A stretch of 63,994 nt of DNA, filler included, from Stramenopiles sp. TOSAG23-2 (GCA_900128395.1; 3 parts of 3 records of this genome joined end to end with filler, not necessarily neighbours in it), one strand, 5' to 3'. Numbered from the whole stretch's first letter, positions 23,471 to 35,104 are shown. A program made the numbers and translations. Notes: generated by a model not told the origin, from the sequence alone.

Positions 23471-23740
23471 TAATTCCTACTACGAGAATACCAATGAAGG
23501 TAAATAGATAGTATCAACTACTCATAATAGCTGATGGAAAAACGTACGAGTACATCATAGGAAGGCGGAGAATAAATTGTACCAGGGTACAATTCATTAT
23601 ACGACTCACCAAATGCACATACGAGTATCATATGATATAATATTTTAGATTTAAAATTATGAATATTTGAGCATATATTCAAAAAATTAATTTATGCGCA
23701 TTAAATTTATTCTGAATTGTACGTAACACCCATGCACATC

Positions 23741-24943
23741 TTAAATTTTGTTTGTTTCATTTAATGCTTTCTCTTGCAATACATCAACAATTTGTTTCAA
23801 ATCTTCTTTGATTGCTATTTCAATTGGCGTGTACAATTTACCATCCGAATGTAGACATTTTTTATCAATGTCAATATTTTTATTGTTTAATAACAATTTA
23901 ACAACATTTATATTATCATAAAACGTTGCAATAAAAAGGGGACATGTTGGTTTTTTCTCTTGTTTTTCATTATTTAAATTAATGTCAATATTTTCATTCT
24001 TTTTATCTAAGAATAATGCAACAATTTCATCATGGCCATTTTCGCATGCATACCAAAGCGCACTTTTTCCATGTTTATCATTAATATTTAAATCAATATC
24101 ATTTATATCAATTAAGATTTCAACAATTTTCGTCCATCCTTTCTCACATGCAATCATCAAGACAGTTCTCTCACCATCATGCCACCAATAAAATTTATTT
24201 ATATCTTCAAAAGATTTCTTCTTTAAATATGTTTCTACTCCATGGACATATCCATATAAACACATGAAAAAAACATCGGAACCTTCTAAGAACCACAATT
24301 TTATTTCTTTACGTAATTTTCCATCCAGTATACGACTGATGGTATTTTGATCCATATCGGTAATGAACAGTAATGCAACACCGTTCAAAACAATATCGAA
24401 ATTGGTCGTCAGTATTCCACAATAAGGCGCAAGCAACAAAAACGTTAGCAAAAAGATAATAGCTGCTTCAATATATTCAATAAGTGTCATAATTTTCGCA
24501 TAACCTTTTTTACTATAATAACCTAGTCCAACAGGAAGAACACGAGATAAATTTATTGCCTGATATAATTCCACATATAATCCAAATACCATCATTAAAA
24601 AAAAATTAAGTAAATTAAAACCATATTTATTCTTATTTTCTAAATTAGAAGTAATAAAAATGAACTCAATATATTTATATATAATTAAATAAGTCGCAGC
24701 AATATATGCAATACTAGATAATATCTTTGTAATCAATGCAACAGCTACTGCGATAAAATTTCTTTCTTCAATTGCTTTTGAACGAGGGTGTTTGCTGTGA
24801 AAATACCAATAAATTACTTGTCCAGCACGAATATCATATTTCATTAAATATTCATTTAAAATTTGTTTTTGCTCTTGATTGCTATTTTTTTCTTTGACTA
24901 CCTTCTCTTTATCCTCAATCATCATTACATTAACCTCTTGCAT
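23741..24943 (-). CDS. Multi-pass membrane protein with C-terminal ankyrin repeats
   Basis: 3-4 hydrophobic helices and LNGVALLFITDMD, then TVLMIACEKGW, SALWYACENGH, CPLFIATFYDN. Confidence 0.8.
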   Translation of the reverse strand: MQEVNVMMIEDKEKVVKEKNSNQEQKQILNEYLMKYDIRAGQVIYWYFHSKHPRSKAIEERNFIAVAVALITKILSSIAYIAATYLIIYKYIEFIFITSNLENKNKYGFNLLNFFLMMVFGLYVELYQAINLSRVLPVGLGYYSKKGYAKIMTLIEYIEAAIIFLLTFLLLAPYCGILTTNFDIVLNGVALLFITDMDQNTISRILDGKLRKEIKLWFLEGSDVFFMCLYGYVHGVETYLKKKSFEDINKFYWWHDGERTVLMIACEKGWTKIVEILIDINDIDLNINDKHGKSALWYACENGHDEIVALFLDKKNENIDINLNNEKQEKKPTCPLFIATFYDNINVVKLLLNNKNIDIDKKCLHSDGKLYTPIEIAIKEDLKQIVDVLQEKALNETNKI

Positions 24944-25119
24944 TGTACTTCACTATAATACATATACATAATATGATGATGGTAATGATGATTTTGTCCT
25001 GCATACCTTTTTTTCATTTTCCTCTAAAAATTAAATCTATTAGATTAAAATCAATAATAATTGTGCAATTCTTCTTATTGCACTATTCCACACCCATCAT
25101 TTTTTATAGATGATAATAA

Positions 25120-25665
25120 GTATTTGTTTGAACATTAATTGGTGCACAGCCTAAATATTCTTGTATAATATATAGCAATGTTGGATCGGACATTAGATCT
25201 AGAACGATTGGTATTTTTCTTGCAGCTTCCGCTTGACTTTGAATCCAATACTAGATAATATCTTTGTAATCAATGCAACAGCTACTGCGATAAAATTTCT
25301 TTCTTCAATTGCTTTTGAACGAGGGTGTTTGCTGTGAAAATACCAATAAATTACTTGTCCAGCACGAATATCATATTTCATTAAATATTCATTTAAAATT
25401 TGTTTTTGCTCTTGATTGCTATTTTTTTCTTTGACTACCTTCTCTTTATCCTCAATCATCATTACATTAACCTCTTGCATTGTACTTCACTATAATACAT
25501 ATACATAATATGATGATGGTAATGATGATTTTGTCCTGCATACCTTTTTTTCATTTTCCTCTAAAAATTAAATCTATTAGATTAAAATCAATAATAATTG
25601 TGCAATTCTTCTTATTGCACTATTCCACACCCATCATTTTTTATAGATGATAATAAATATTTGTT
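25120..25665. repeat. Inverted copy of 27028-27157 (25120-25249) followed by a direct copy of 24709-25128 (25246-25665)
   Basis: Direct sequence comparison; junction microhomologies TATTTGTT and CAAT. Confidence 0.92.
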
Positions 25666-26147
25666 GAGTTAAGGGACTCAGCCCACTGTTTTATTCTTCC
25701 GATCAAATACCAGGTACCTGGTACCTGGTATAGCAAAAGGATGATTATATTTCACAAAGTCTTCACTTAAAAAGTCATGTTTAGCGACGACAGGAATCGG
25801 ATAATAAATAAATAATAAAAAAATTCTGTGTTTTTACCCGTAGGCACGTAGCACGGTGATAGTGCTACTATTATAGCTAGGCCTTTTTTTTAACCACCAC
25901 CACAGGTGTAATAGGTCTACATATCAGGTGTAATACATATCCGGACTCTGAATGAACAGCAACACACATTACAGATACTATAGATATATGAAAAAAAAAT
26001 TAATTGGCTTCTTTTTTTTTTCTTTCTCTGTTTCTTAACTAACTTATTGCGTCTGAATATACTTACGACGACGACAAAAAAAGTTGAAAGAAAAATATTA
26101 CACACAAATATATAAACGATCTTTTATATTTTTCTATTAAAATAATA

Positions 26148-29100
26148 ATGCATCATAAAAGATTGCAATATCTATTGCTTTTTGTTTTTTATTCAATATG
26201 TATCTTTGTTGGTGGAATTTTTTATAATAGGTCTACCACGAATCCTAATGTGTTTCAAACACTACTTCATGTCAAAGAGGAAAAATTAAATCAATCATCA
26301 TTATTAGTCGTCAAGAATAAAATTGGTAAATCAATCAGTGGATCGTCAAACCCATTGTCTATAACGGCACTCTCATGTACCAAATCCATATATAATAATA
26401 TTAATAATAATAATAATGACCAACTTCTTCAAAAATATAATTACCCATCAAAAGACATTAAATATATTTATCAAAGGAAAACAGAAGCTAAATTAAAAGA
26501 ATTAAAGGCAGAAACGTTGGAGAATTTTCAATGTGTACGTCTAAAGATGGACTGGGCAGTAGAAAACATTAAAGTTAATCCAAGATTTAAAACCAAAGAT
26601 GTATATATAAACAATTGTTGGAAAGCGTTATATGAAGCAATCAATCATACACCGGGTAAAGGTTATGGAAAATTAGCAAATTTACAGCCAATTTATTATG
26701 AGGCTTTAAAATGGACAAATATGAGATTGAACGATGCAATTGGTGATATAATTGGATTAATGTATAAAAAATATCCAGTAAAAGAACTTGATAATTCAGG
26801 CATATTAGGTAAATTTGATATCAAGGTAGGGGAAAAAAGTGTAAACCAACTCCGAAAAAATGGATATGTTATATTAGATAAAAAATTAAGTACAACGCTG
26901 TTAAAGAAAATATATGATGGGTCATTAAAATTGAATTATGTATGCAGAGGAGCAAATTGTAAAGACAATCGTAGCAATAAAAATTTAAAACGAAAATTTA
27001 ATTCTCGCATACGCGATGGTTCTGTAAATTGGATTCAAAGTCAAGCGGAAGCTGCAAGAAAAATACCAATCGTTCTAGATCTAATGTCCGATCCAACATT
27101 GCTATATATTATACAAGAATATTTAGGCTGTGCACCAATTAATGTTCAAACAAATACATGGTGGAGTGTTGCTAATGGCGGTGGTGTCAATAATAATAAT
27201 TACCAACAGACTCATGCTTGGCATCAAGATTTTGCATTTATCAAATTTGTTAAAGTATTTTTATATATTAATGATGTTAAAAAAGATAATGGCGCGCATC
27301 GTTATGTAAAATCATCTTTCAAAAATATCGAACCGGTATTAAAGGATCATCGAAATTATCAAGTTTCAGACCGATTGAGAGATAAAGAAATACAAAAAAA
27401 CTATCCTGGAAAGACTGTATATATGGAAGGAGGACCTGGGACAATTTTAATAGAGGATACTCGTGGATTTCATGCAGGTACGACATTAAAAAAAGGATAC
27501 CGACAGCTATTTCAATGGGAATTCGCTATATCTTCTTTTCGCTATTCATTAGATTCATGGTTTCCTCAATCAATTTGCAAGTCTGAATTAAATACAAAAA
27601 CCATTCGTGCAATTGAGAAATATAAGAGAATGTTTACACGTTTTAAATTTGATAATAATGTCTGTGGAATCAAGGACAATGATTTTGAACTATTGTCTAC
27701 CGGTCAACAAGATACAAGTGTTACTTTGAAAGAATGTAAAACGTATGCTGCATTTATGGGTTACCAGATAAAATATAAGGGCTATTGGCATTTTGATGCA
27801 CCAAAGGGATGTTTTTATTCTGTCGATGATCAGGTTTATTGGAATTCACAATGGAAATCGAGGTTTCCATGCAATGGAAAGACACGCTGCGTTGTAAGAA
27901 AGAAGAAAAATCAAAGGGAAGTAATACAGCAGTTCAAAACAAATTATTTTATAGATTCATACCAATCATGCCAAAAAAATGCCAACAGCAAGAATTCGTT
28001 ATATCTGTATTTAAAACAACGGCTCTCAAAATATGTGCCAGGATTGGAAAGTGTTAAATTAACAAAAGAAAATTATTGCATGAAATATGCCCATAATTAT
28101 TCCTATAATAGTCATCGAGATATAAAAAATGTAAATACTATTGGAGCAAAAGCAACCCAAGCATGGTTCAATCAATCGATTGAACTAGCAATAGAAATTT
28201 CAAAGTTTGTTCGCATATTCCCGGAGATACCATTAGATAAAAGATCTGGAAGGCCGTTTGAAGCCCCGAAAGGAGTAGACAAACGGTTGAGCTCATCGTT
28301 AACACATTTGCAACAAGTAAAGGTAAATGCTGATATTTTTTTTCAACGAAATTTTGGTCCAGCTTTGGCAAAAAGGACAAATCCGTTGTTACAAAATATG
28401 CTTGATGCTAATTTGTGTAAGAAGAATAATAATTGTCCTAGCAACGTGCTTGAATTTGGATGCAGTACTGCAGCAAATTTGAAGCATTATTGTGGCAAAC
28501 ATTATTGCACTCGAGCAATCTGTATAGAAGCTTCTACATATTCTCAATTTGTAAACACGATGACGCTGCCAACTACATTTGAGTTATTGGTTGGTGATTT
28601 GAATAATAAAAAGGTGTACAACAATATTCCTGCGAAATCATTTGATTTGATTTATCAGTCATGGACATTAATGTATGTATCGGGATTGAAGTTTCATATT
28701 GAGACACTTTTGCCAGCGCTTTACAAAGGATTAATGAAAGGTGGTTATTATGCTTTTGAAGGACCTGTAGGCAAAACAAATGAAAAAGGGATGATGGCCG
28801 CCACTCCAATAGGCTCTGTAAAAAAATCAACAAAACAGAATTCTATAGAAAGCACAGAATTTTTTCTTGACCATTGTAGATTACTTGTTGCAACTGGTCA
28901 TTTTAAACTCCTGGAAGATACACGATATCAAAGTAAATGGTCCATAGTTACAGATATAAGTACTGTTAATTCAATTACTTTAAAACAATATGAAGATGAT
29001 CCAAATGCTAGATGGGAGAAGAAGGTGAAATTGGAAAATACTAATATAAATTGGAAACAAGTAGTTAATTCAGATTGTTTAATACAAAAAATCACTGATG

Positions 29101-29156
29101 TAAGTGAGGTTAATTTCCGCAACGATCTGAAATCATTTGTAGTTAGGTATGTATAA
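26148..29156 (+). CDS. Type II membrane protein: PhyH-like 2OG-Fe(II) dioxygenase plus class I SAM methyltransferase
   Basis: N-terminal anchor; WHQD...VKVFLYINDV...NGAH...GTILIEDTRGFHAG (HxD...H triad); VLEFGCSTAANL and FDLIYQSWTLMYV. Confidence 0.78.
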   Translation: MHHKRLQYLLLFVFYSICIFVGGIFYNRSTTNPNVFQTLLHVKEEKLNQSSLLVVKNKIGKSISGSSNPLSITALSCTKSIYNNINNNNNDQLLQKYNYPSKDIKYIYQRKTEAKLKELKAETLENFQCVRLKMDWAVENIKVNPRFKTKDVYINNCWKALYEAINHTPGKGYGKLANLQPIYYEALKWTNMRLNDAIGDIIGLMYKKYPVKELDNSGILGKFDIKVGEKSVNQLRKNGYVILDKKLSTTLLKKIYDGSLKLNYVCRGANCKDNRSNKNLKRKFNSRIRDGSVNWIQSQAEAARKIPIVLDLMSDPTLLYIIQEYLGCAPINVQTNTWWSVANGGGVNNNNYQQTHAWHQDFAFIKFVKVFLYINDVKKDNGAHRYVKSSFKNIEPVLKDHRNYQVSDRLRDKEIQKNYPGKTVYMEGGPGTILIEDTRGFHAGTTLKKGYRQLFQWEFAISSFRYSLDSWFPQSICKSELNTKTIRAIEKYKRMFTRFKFDNNVCGIKDNDFELLSTGQQDTSVTLKECKTYAAFMGYQIKYKGYWHFDAPKGCFYSVDDQVYWNSQWKSRFPCNGKTRCVVRKKKNQREVIQQFKTNYFIDSYQSCQKNANSKNSLYLYLKQRLSKYVPGLESVKLTKENYCMKYAHNYSYNSHRDIKNVNTIGAKATQAWFNQSIELAIEISKFVRIFPEIPLDKRSGRPFEAPKGVDKRLSSSLTHLQQVKVNADIFFQRNFGPALAKRTNPLLQNMLDANLCKKNNNCPSNVLEFGCSTAANLKHYCGKHYCTRAICIEASTYSQFVNTMTLPTTFELLVGDLNNKKVYNNIPAKSFDLIYQSWTLMYVSGLKFHIETLLPALYKGLMKGGYYAFEGPVGKTNEKGMMAATPIGSVKKSTKQNSIESTEFFLDHCRLLVATGHFKLLEDTRYQSKWSIVTDISTVNSITLKQYEDDPNARWEKKVKLENTNINWKQVVNSDCLIQKITDVSEVNFRNDLKSFVVRYV

Positions 29157-29460
29157 AAAAAAATAAAAAAATTGTTTTACCAATTTAAACAAGTGGCCGG
29201 TTGAATTGTTGTTTTACTACTAATCTCCAGTTTAATAGTGGATAAGTAATTCGAACTTTTTTTTCCCCAATCCCTTGAGAGAAGACTTGCACATTACACT
29301 TTTATAAACCACGATTATTATTATTAATATTAATGAATTTATACTGTGTAAAGTCTAGGACCTGCATTATGCAAGCCCTAGGGTGCAAATTTTAATTTAA
29401 GATTTCATTTTTTTTGAAATATTAAATATTTTTAGCTAGATCATTTTTTGTTTTTGCTGT

Positions 29461-30903
29461 TTACCACTTACAATTATTTGTACAAAACCAACATTTATAG
29501 GAAATGTAGATATCAGTATTACTAGAAGTTTGATTACTAAAATCACTAGTAACTTCTTGATTACATAATGGACATCGAACACTTTGTTGCAACCATTGTC
29601 TAATACAACCTGCATGAAATTTATGTTTACATGGTAAAGTTAATACTTCTTCACCACTTTCATATTCACAAATACAAATGGAACATTGGTCTTCCTCTTG
29701 TTCCTCGGTATCTAATTTTTGAAAAATTACTTTATCAAATTGACTGAATACTTCTGCCGGTGTCCCACGTGTTCGCTGTTGCATTGCAACACCACCTTGT
29801 CCACCTTGTAACCATGGCATCCTTGCACCACGATTAAAACGTTGATTATGTACCATGCCAGCAGGACTACGACGAAATGCGGCAAAACATGCAATTAGTA
29901 ATAATGTGGCGGTCGATGAAAATAATATCATAAACAATAAAATTGAATATGTATAATGTGAACCATTATCTTTACAACCTTTACTATCATTTGAAACACC
30001 GTTTTCATTACATTCCCCTAACGTAGTCACTGGTATACCTTGCATTGCTTTTGCAATTGCATCTTCCAATCCAGTTGGAGTTTTCGGACCACAATAATGT
30101 TCACCATTGATCACGATTGTTGGTGAAATAACAGCACCAGCATCTTTTGATTTTTTAAAACTATCTTCCAATGCATATGATACTTGCCTAGAACGTACAC
30201 ATCGATATACAGCTTCTTGAAAATCTTTATTATCAACTTTTTCTTTACAAGCTTCGCCAAGAACCGACATTTCTTCGTGTGTATCTTTTATTAAACATTG
30301 AAAGTACGGAACTGCCATTACCGTAATATCCTTACTAGCAAAAACTTGCTGTGCACATAACATATACACATCCCCTATCACATCGTTTCTACCTAATGTA
30401 GAGGAAAACCCACGTTGTGCTGTTCCATGGCCTATAAAATCAGCTTTAACAGATGCTTCTTTGCAATTTACAACACTAGGCAACATATTATTCAAAGCTG
30501 CTTGTCCATATTTACACGTTGACATCATATATATCTGTACATCTACTTTACCAATATCTGAAGTAATGCTTGTAGTGTTTTCAACGGAACGACAAGTTTG
30601 TTCACCTGTTGTTTCTCCAGTCCCACCACCAGATGCACCAGATGGTGGTGTTTCTTCTTCTTCGTTTGTTCCTAAAAAACGTCTTTTTCCAACGATGCTA
30701 TCTTTTTCCTCTAATATTGATATTGGTCCCTTCAAATATTTATGTTCTTTATCGTATTTAACATTGTGAATTTTGATTTCATGAAATGTATCATATGAAT
30801 TTGTTTTAATTGATAAAACAATATTATTATGTACTATAAATAAAAATGCAAGACTACAATATATTACAAATGTGGTGATTCTAGTAGTAGTAGTGACATG
30901 CAT
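29461..30903 (-). CDS. GILT/thioredoxin-like luminal domain, TM, RING-H2 E3 ligase
   Basis: Signal sequence; VDVQIYMMSTCKYG...MLCAQ...SPTIVING; TM; CSICICEY...LPCKHKFHAGCIRQWLQQSVRCPLC. Confidence 0.8.
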   Translation of the reverse strand: MHVTTTTRITTFVIYCSLAFLFIVHNNIVLSIKTNSYDTFHEIKIHNVKYDKEHKYLKGPISILEEKDSIVGKRRFLGTNEEEETPPSGASGGGTGETTGEQTCRSVENTTSITSDIGKVDVQIYMMSTCKYGQAALNNMLPSVVNCKEASVKADFIGHGTAQRGFSSTLGRNDVIGDVYMLCAQQVFASKDITVMAVPYFQCLIKDTHEEMSVLGEACKEKVDNKDFQEAVYRCVRSRQVSYALEDSFKKSKDAGAVISPTIVINGEHYCGPKTPTGLEDAIAKAMQGIPVTTLGECNENGVSNDSKGCKDNGSHYTYSILLFMILFSSTATLLLIACFAAFRRSPAGMVHNQRFNRGARMPWLQGGQGGVAMQQRTRGTPAEVFSQFDKVIFQKLDTEEQEEDQCSICICEYESGEEVLTLPCKHKFHAGCIRQWLQQSVRCPLCNQEVTSDFSNQTSSNTDIYISYKCWFCTNNCKW

Positions 30904-32537
30904 GGTTTAAAAATGATCTTTATATATCTCTGTATATAATATATATATATATATATATATTACACGCACGTATGTATCTAATAATATATCGTTTTACGCA
31001 CAGATAAGCAAGTTCTTCTATATGTTATATACTATATGTTCTGCTTCCATCATTTCATCTGTTACATGTAGACGTATTATCAATGTTATTAGTTGTTTTT
31101 TAGTGTGTTTTTGATGATTAGTTTCATGTACGTTCGATATTGAATTCTCGTTGTTAATGGTATGTCCATGCTAAATTCTGGATTTAATTTATTTGGCAAC
31201 ATACACGCACTTGTTCTTTTTCGGAATGATATTTATCGACATGGGATTCCAAGTTTTATATTTTATTTGGAAAAAAAGTAGAAAATATCCGAAAACATAC
31301 ATTATTTTCATTGATTATTTTCCATAGTTAGAATAGTGGATAATATTAAAAATGTGCTTGAGCTTTTTGGAGTAGGGCTAGGAATGCCATTTTTGATATA
31401 TTAAATTTGTTTTCATTTAAGTACAATTACCAGTACTCTGGTTTTTATATAGGAAATTTTTTATGTCATTCATTGTATTTTTGTCTGGTCAATGAAGGTA
31501 TTGGTGAAGACGGGGATTTTTCCTGCATTGCCTGTATATCAGCAGCTGGATTTCATAAATCGTTTTGCACCGCCTTATATAGTTCACTATTTACGGCTTG
31601 GGGTGATTTTTTGATTGTGCCACTTTCAGGCTATAAACTTTGTATAATAATAGCCGAGCGTTTACGTGCTGCTATAAACATTGTATAATATAATAATAAA
31701 GAAAACCAACTTATTCCATGCCATGCCAACTTTGTCTTTCAAAAACATTCAACAAGACAATGTTTTGAAAGTTTCTTATTCGCAAAGCAGACAACGAGTT
31801 GTATATGCAAATACAAATCCTGGTGCAGCTGTCTTTAAAACTTTGACAGAGCACAATCATTTGGCACTTCAATTATATAAAATATATTAAAGACTTATAA
31901 ACACAACAAAGTGAAGTGGTATATGATTCATAAACACCTGTAAAGAGAGTAAAATAAAAGCAGTTGAATCATTTCTTTTTTTTTCACAACAGTTAGTGAA
32001 CAATAAAATCAGTTGAATCATTTCCATCGTTTGTATTCTTTTTTTTTCATAACATACAAGGAGGATACAGCTTAAAAAGGAATAGAAAGTTCTATCTATA
32101 TATAAAACCTTGTATAGTGGAAAATAAAATCAGTTGAATTGTTTCTTTTTTTCTTTCACATCATTGTTATTGAAACTATACAAACAATGTCACATTTTTT
32201 CATGTTCACAATTAGGGTATCAATGCTATTCCTATGTTATATTTATCTGATGCTATGCCCCTGCTGCCTCCACTTCCCCCTATCAAGTAGTATACTACTC
32301 CCCTTACAAGTACAATACATCAAAATGAATGAAAAAGGGAAAAGGGCGAGGAGTTTTTGATGAAAAAAAAGAGAGGGGAAACAAGAAATAAAATATATAG
32401 AAGTGCGTGCAGTTCATTCGTGTAGAGAAACACACAATACATTGTAGATATAAAGACATTGTAGATATATAGGTATAACCAATATTATTATATATAGATA
32501 TATTTATTAGCAATAACAGAGGAGGTAGATATAAAAT

Positions 32538-33284
32538 ATGAAGTCAAGTTCATATGCAATAATATGCATCGTTGCATTTATTGTACTATTGCTACATAGT
32601 CACAATGTCAATGGAAGTAGTGTAAATAATAAAGCGAATAGAATACATAATAATAACAATAATAATAAAATTGATTATAATATGTTAGAGGAAAAATTAA
32701 CAATAGAAAATGAAAATATAAGGAAAGAAAACAAACGTTTAGAACAATTTTTATTAAATAGTAAATATTTAGAAGAAAGCAATAGCAATAATATTGACAT
32801 TACCTCTTTACTCGAAATGGAAGAGCAAGCACCAAAACTTTTATGTGAAGAGTTTGCTAATTCTGCTATTGGTTTATGCCGTAAACAATATGTCGATTGT
32901 ATTAAAAGAGCTGCAGGTGCTACGACAAAGAAATTAACTGCACGCGCCATTCGACGTGCAGCAGAGAATTCCACAGAGATAGTCGACGAACAAGATAGAC
33001 TTGCACAGGTAGATGAAAATCCTGGACCGTCCTATCAAACGCCTTTACAACGTCGTGAAAATTCTGCTAAACATGCAAACATGCCAAAACCATTCATGAC
33101 ATTGCAACCAAATGCGATGATTCCACCATCATCGATGTTACCAGATATCAACACGATGAAAAATAAAAATGCTGATCCAGAAAAAGCAATTGTTGATTCT
33201 ACTAAAAAATTAGCAAATAATGGAGATATTACATGGGATCAAAAGAAGAAAATTGATGCCGATGTGAATAAAAAAAAGTTGTAA
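32538..33284 (+). CDS. Putative secreted protein of unknown function
   Basis: Signal peptide, coiled segment, SLLEMEE and three Cys residues. Confidence 0.65.
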   Translation: MKSSSYAIICIVAFIVLLLHSHNVNGSSVNNKANRIHNNNNNNKIDYNMLEEKLTIENENIRKENKRLEQFLLNSKYLEESNSNNIDITSLLEMEEQAPKLLCEEFANSAIGLCRKQYVDCIKRAAGATTKKLTARAIRRAAENSTEIVDEQDRLAQVDENPGPSYQTPLQRRENSAKHANMPKPFMTLQPNAMIPPSSMLPDINTMKNKNADPEKAIVDSTKKLANNGDITWDQKKKIDADVNKKKL

Positions 33285-33890
33285 ATATCATCATATAGTT
33301 TTAAATATTATTAAACACACACACAGAGACACAGAAATAAAAAAATATATATTTTTGTTGTACCCCTCGTTTATATATAATTTTCTATCAGATATACACG
33401 TAAGTCTTTTTATCATATCTTTGGTTCTCTCTTGCATTTTAGAAAAGTATGCTAGACAATCAAAAATTGGTTTACTTCTGACGACACAAAACTTTTTTTT
33501 ATGCACTTTTCATAATCGAAAATCACACACCTAATACATGTACCATTCCCCAAAACAAATATATATGCATATATTTCTTTTGAATATTGAACAATTTACT
33601 ATAATATATAATAAATGCGTATTTAAATCACTTTTGATTTGAGACTTTAATTTACTCGGGAGTAAAAGAAAAAAGAAATTTATATATAATATATGAGTAA
33701 GAGAAAATTATATATATTTCATATATATATATATAAATAATAATTCTGAATTAATAATTTTATATTCAAATTATTAAATAAACAAATTAATTAAATATAC
33801 ATTTATTTAACAAAGAAGAAAAACAATAAAAGATACAAAAACATATATATATATATATATGTATGTATAAGACTTACTATATATAAAAGA

Positions 33891-34517
33891 ATGGATGATA
33901 AACCCCCAAACACAGATATAACAAAGGAGGAATGGAAAAAATTAAGCGAACCATCACCTTGGCTTGACAACACTGCTGTTAAATTATCACCATTATTGCT
34001 TGGATGTGGATTATTAACGTATGGATTTAATTATGGATATAATAAACAAGTTGAAAATTTTAAGAAGGAAGAGAAAGATTTGCAACGGCGGATGGTAAAA
34101 AAGCGGAAAGGAATTGGCAGTAATTCGAAATTAGTAGAGCAAAAGAAAATGAATTTTAATAAATACGATCCTAAATTTAATGTAGAAGATCGAGCTAGGA
34201 AACTTGCATTAAAAGCACTTGGTTATTCCACGGTATTAACAGGTGCATTTTTTCTCGGTAGCATTGCCGTAGTTGGAATATATTTCAACGTTACTTCTTT
34301 GCGCCAATTTTCTGATAAAATGGTAGAGATTGGACCAGATGCAATGGGTGGACCAGTGCAAGAATCAATTGAAAAACCTTTACGGCGTTTCAGGGCATGG
34401 ATGGAAAATACATTTGAAACACCAACTCATGATGAACCTCTTTCAAAAGATTCTATTTTCTATGATGAAAAAGATGAAGCAACATATGCAAAAAAAGATA
34501 ATAAGAAAGAGAAATAA
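33891..34517 (+). CDS. TMEM242/AIM11-like two-TM membrane protein
   Basis: LALKALGYSTVLTG...FNVTSLRQFSDKM resembles the ALxALGxxT...GVxSxxEF core of this family. Confidence 0.6.
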   Translation: MDDKPPNTDITKEEWKKLSEPSPWLDNTAVKLSPLLLGCGLLTYGFNYGYNKQVENFKKEEKDLQRRMVKKRKGIGSNSKLVEQKKMNFNKYDPKFNVEDRARKLALKALGYSTVLTGAFFLGSIAVVGIYFNVTSLRQFSDKMVEIGPDAMGGPVQESIEKPLRRFRAWMENTFETPTHDEPLSKDSIFYDEKDEATYAKKDNKKEK

Positions 34518-35104
34518 AATATAATAAATCACTATCTAAATAAAAATAAAAAGAAGAACTATTATCGAGGCGTGGAGGAGGGTGTGTGTGTGTGTGTGTG
34601 TGTGTAGAATTAGGAAACATACATGTACAACATATTTGTAAATAATGGAAATATTGTGCCACATGTAAAATAAAATATAAAGAAAAAATGTAAATCAAAC
34701 AAAAAGAGAGAGAGTGTGAGAGCGGGGCAGGGAGGTGAGAGCAGAGAGGTGAGCCAGTGAGAGTCGAAAAATATATTACGTCGTATTTTTTGAAAAAATT
34801 TAAATAATATATATTCGTATATCGTATTCTACGAAAACGTTCAGTACAAAAGCGTTATATAAAATATAAAAAAAATCTATTCACCTTTACCTTCATCTCG
34901 AAGATATGGTTTTCATTTGTAGGTACATACCCATTTTTACAAAAATAAAATTTCATGGATAATATCATTACGAGTACGAATATGATGATGCGCGCAAATT
35001 AAGCTCGTGTTCATTGAAAAATAAAATAAAAAAGGCAATGCTTCCTTTGCACATTTTTTAAACTTTAAGAAAAACCATCCCAGCTCCTCTCCATTCACGC
35101 TTCA

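Noticed and set aside
25199-25480. Second TM-ankyrin paralog
   Set aside because: It is an identical 5' copy fused to an inverted fragment of the neighbouring gene, so it is chimeric.
25708-25730. Palindrome TACCAGGTACCTGGTA with CCTGGTA repeats
   Set aside because: Short simple repeat with no supporting context.
31950-32150. Degenerate direct repeats AATAAAATCAGTTGAAT (similar case at about 51490-51690)
   Set aside because: Low-complexity, decayed local repeats with no identifiable function.
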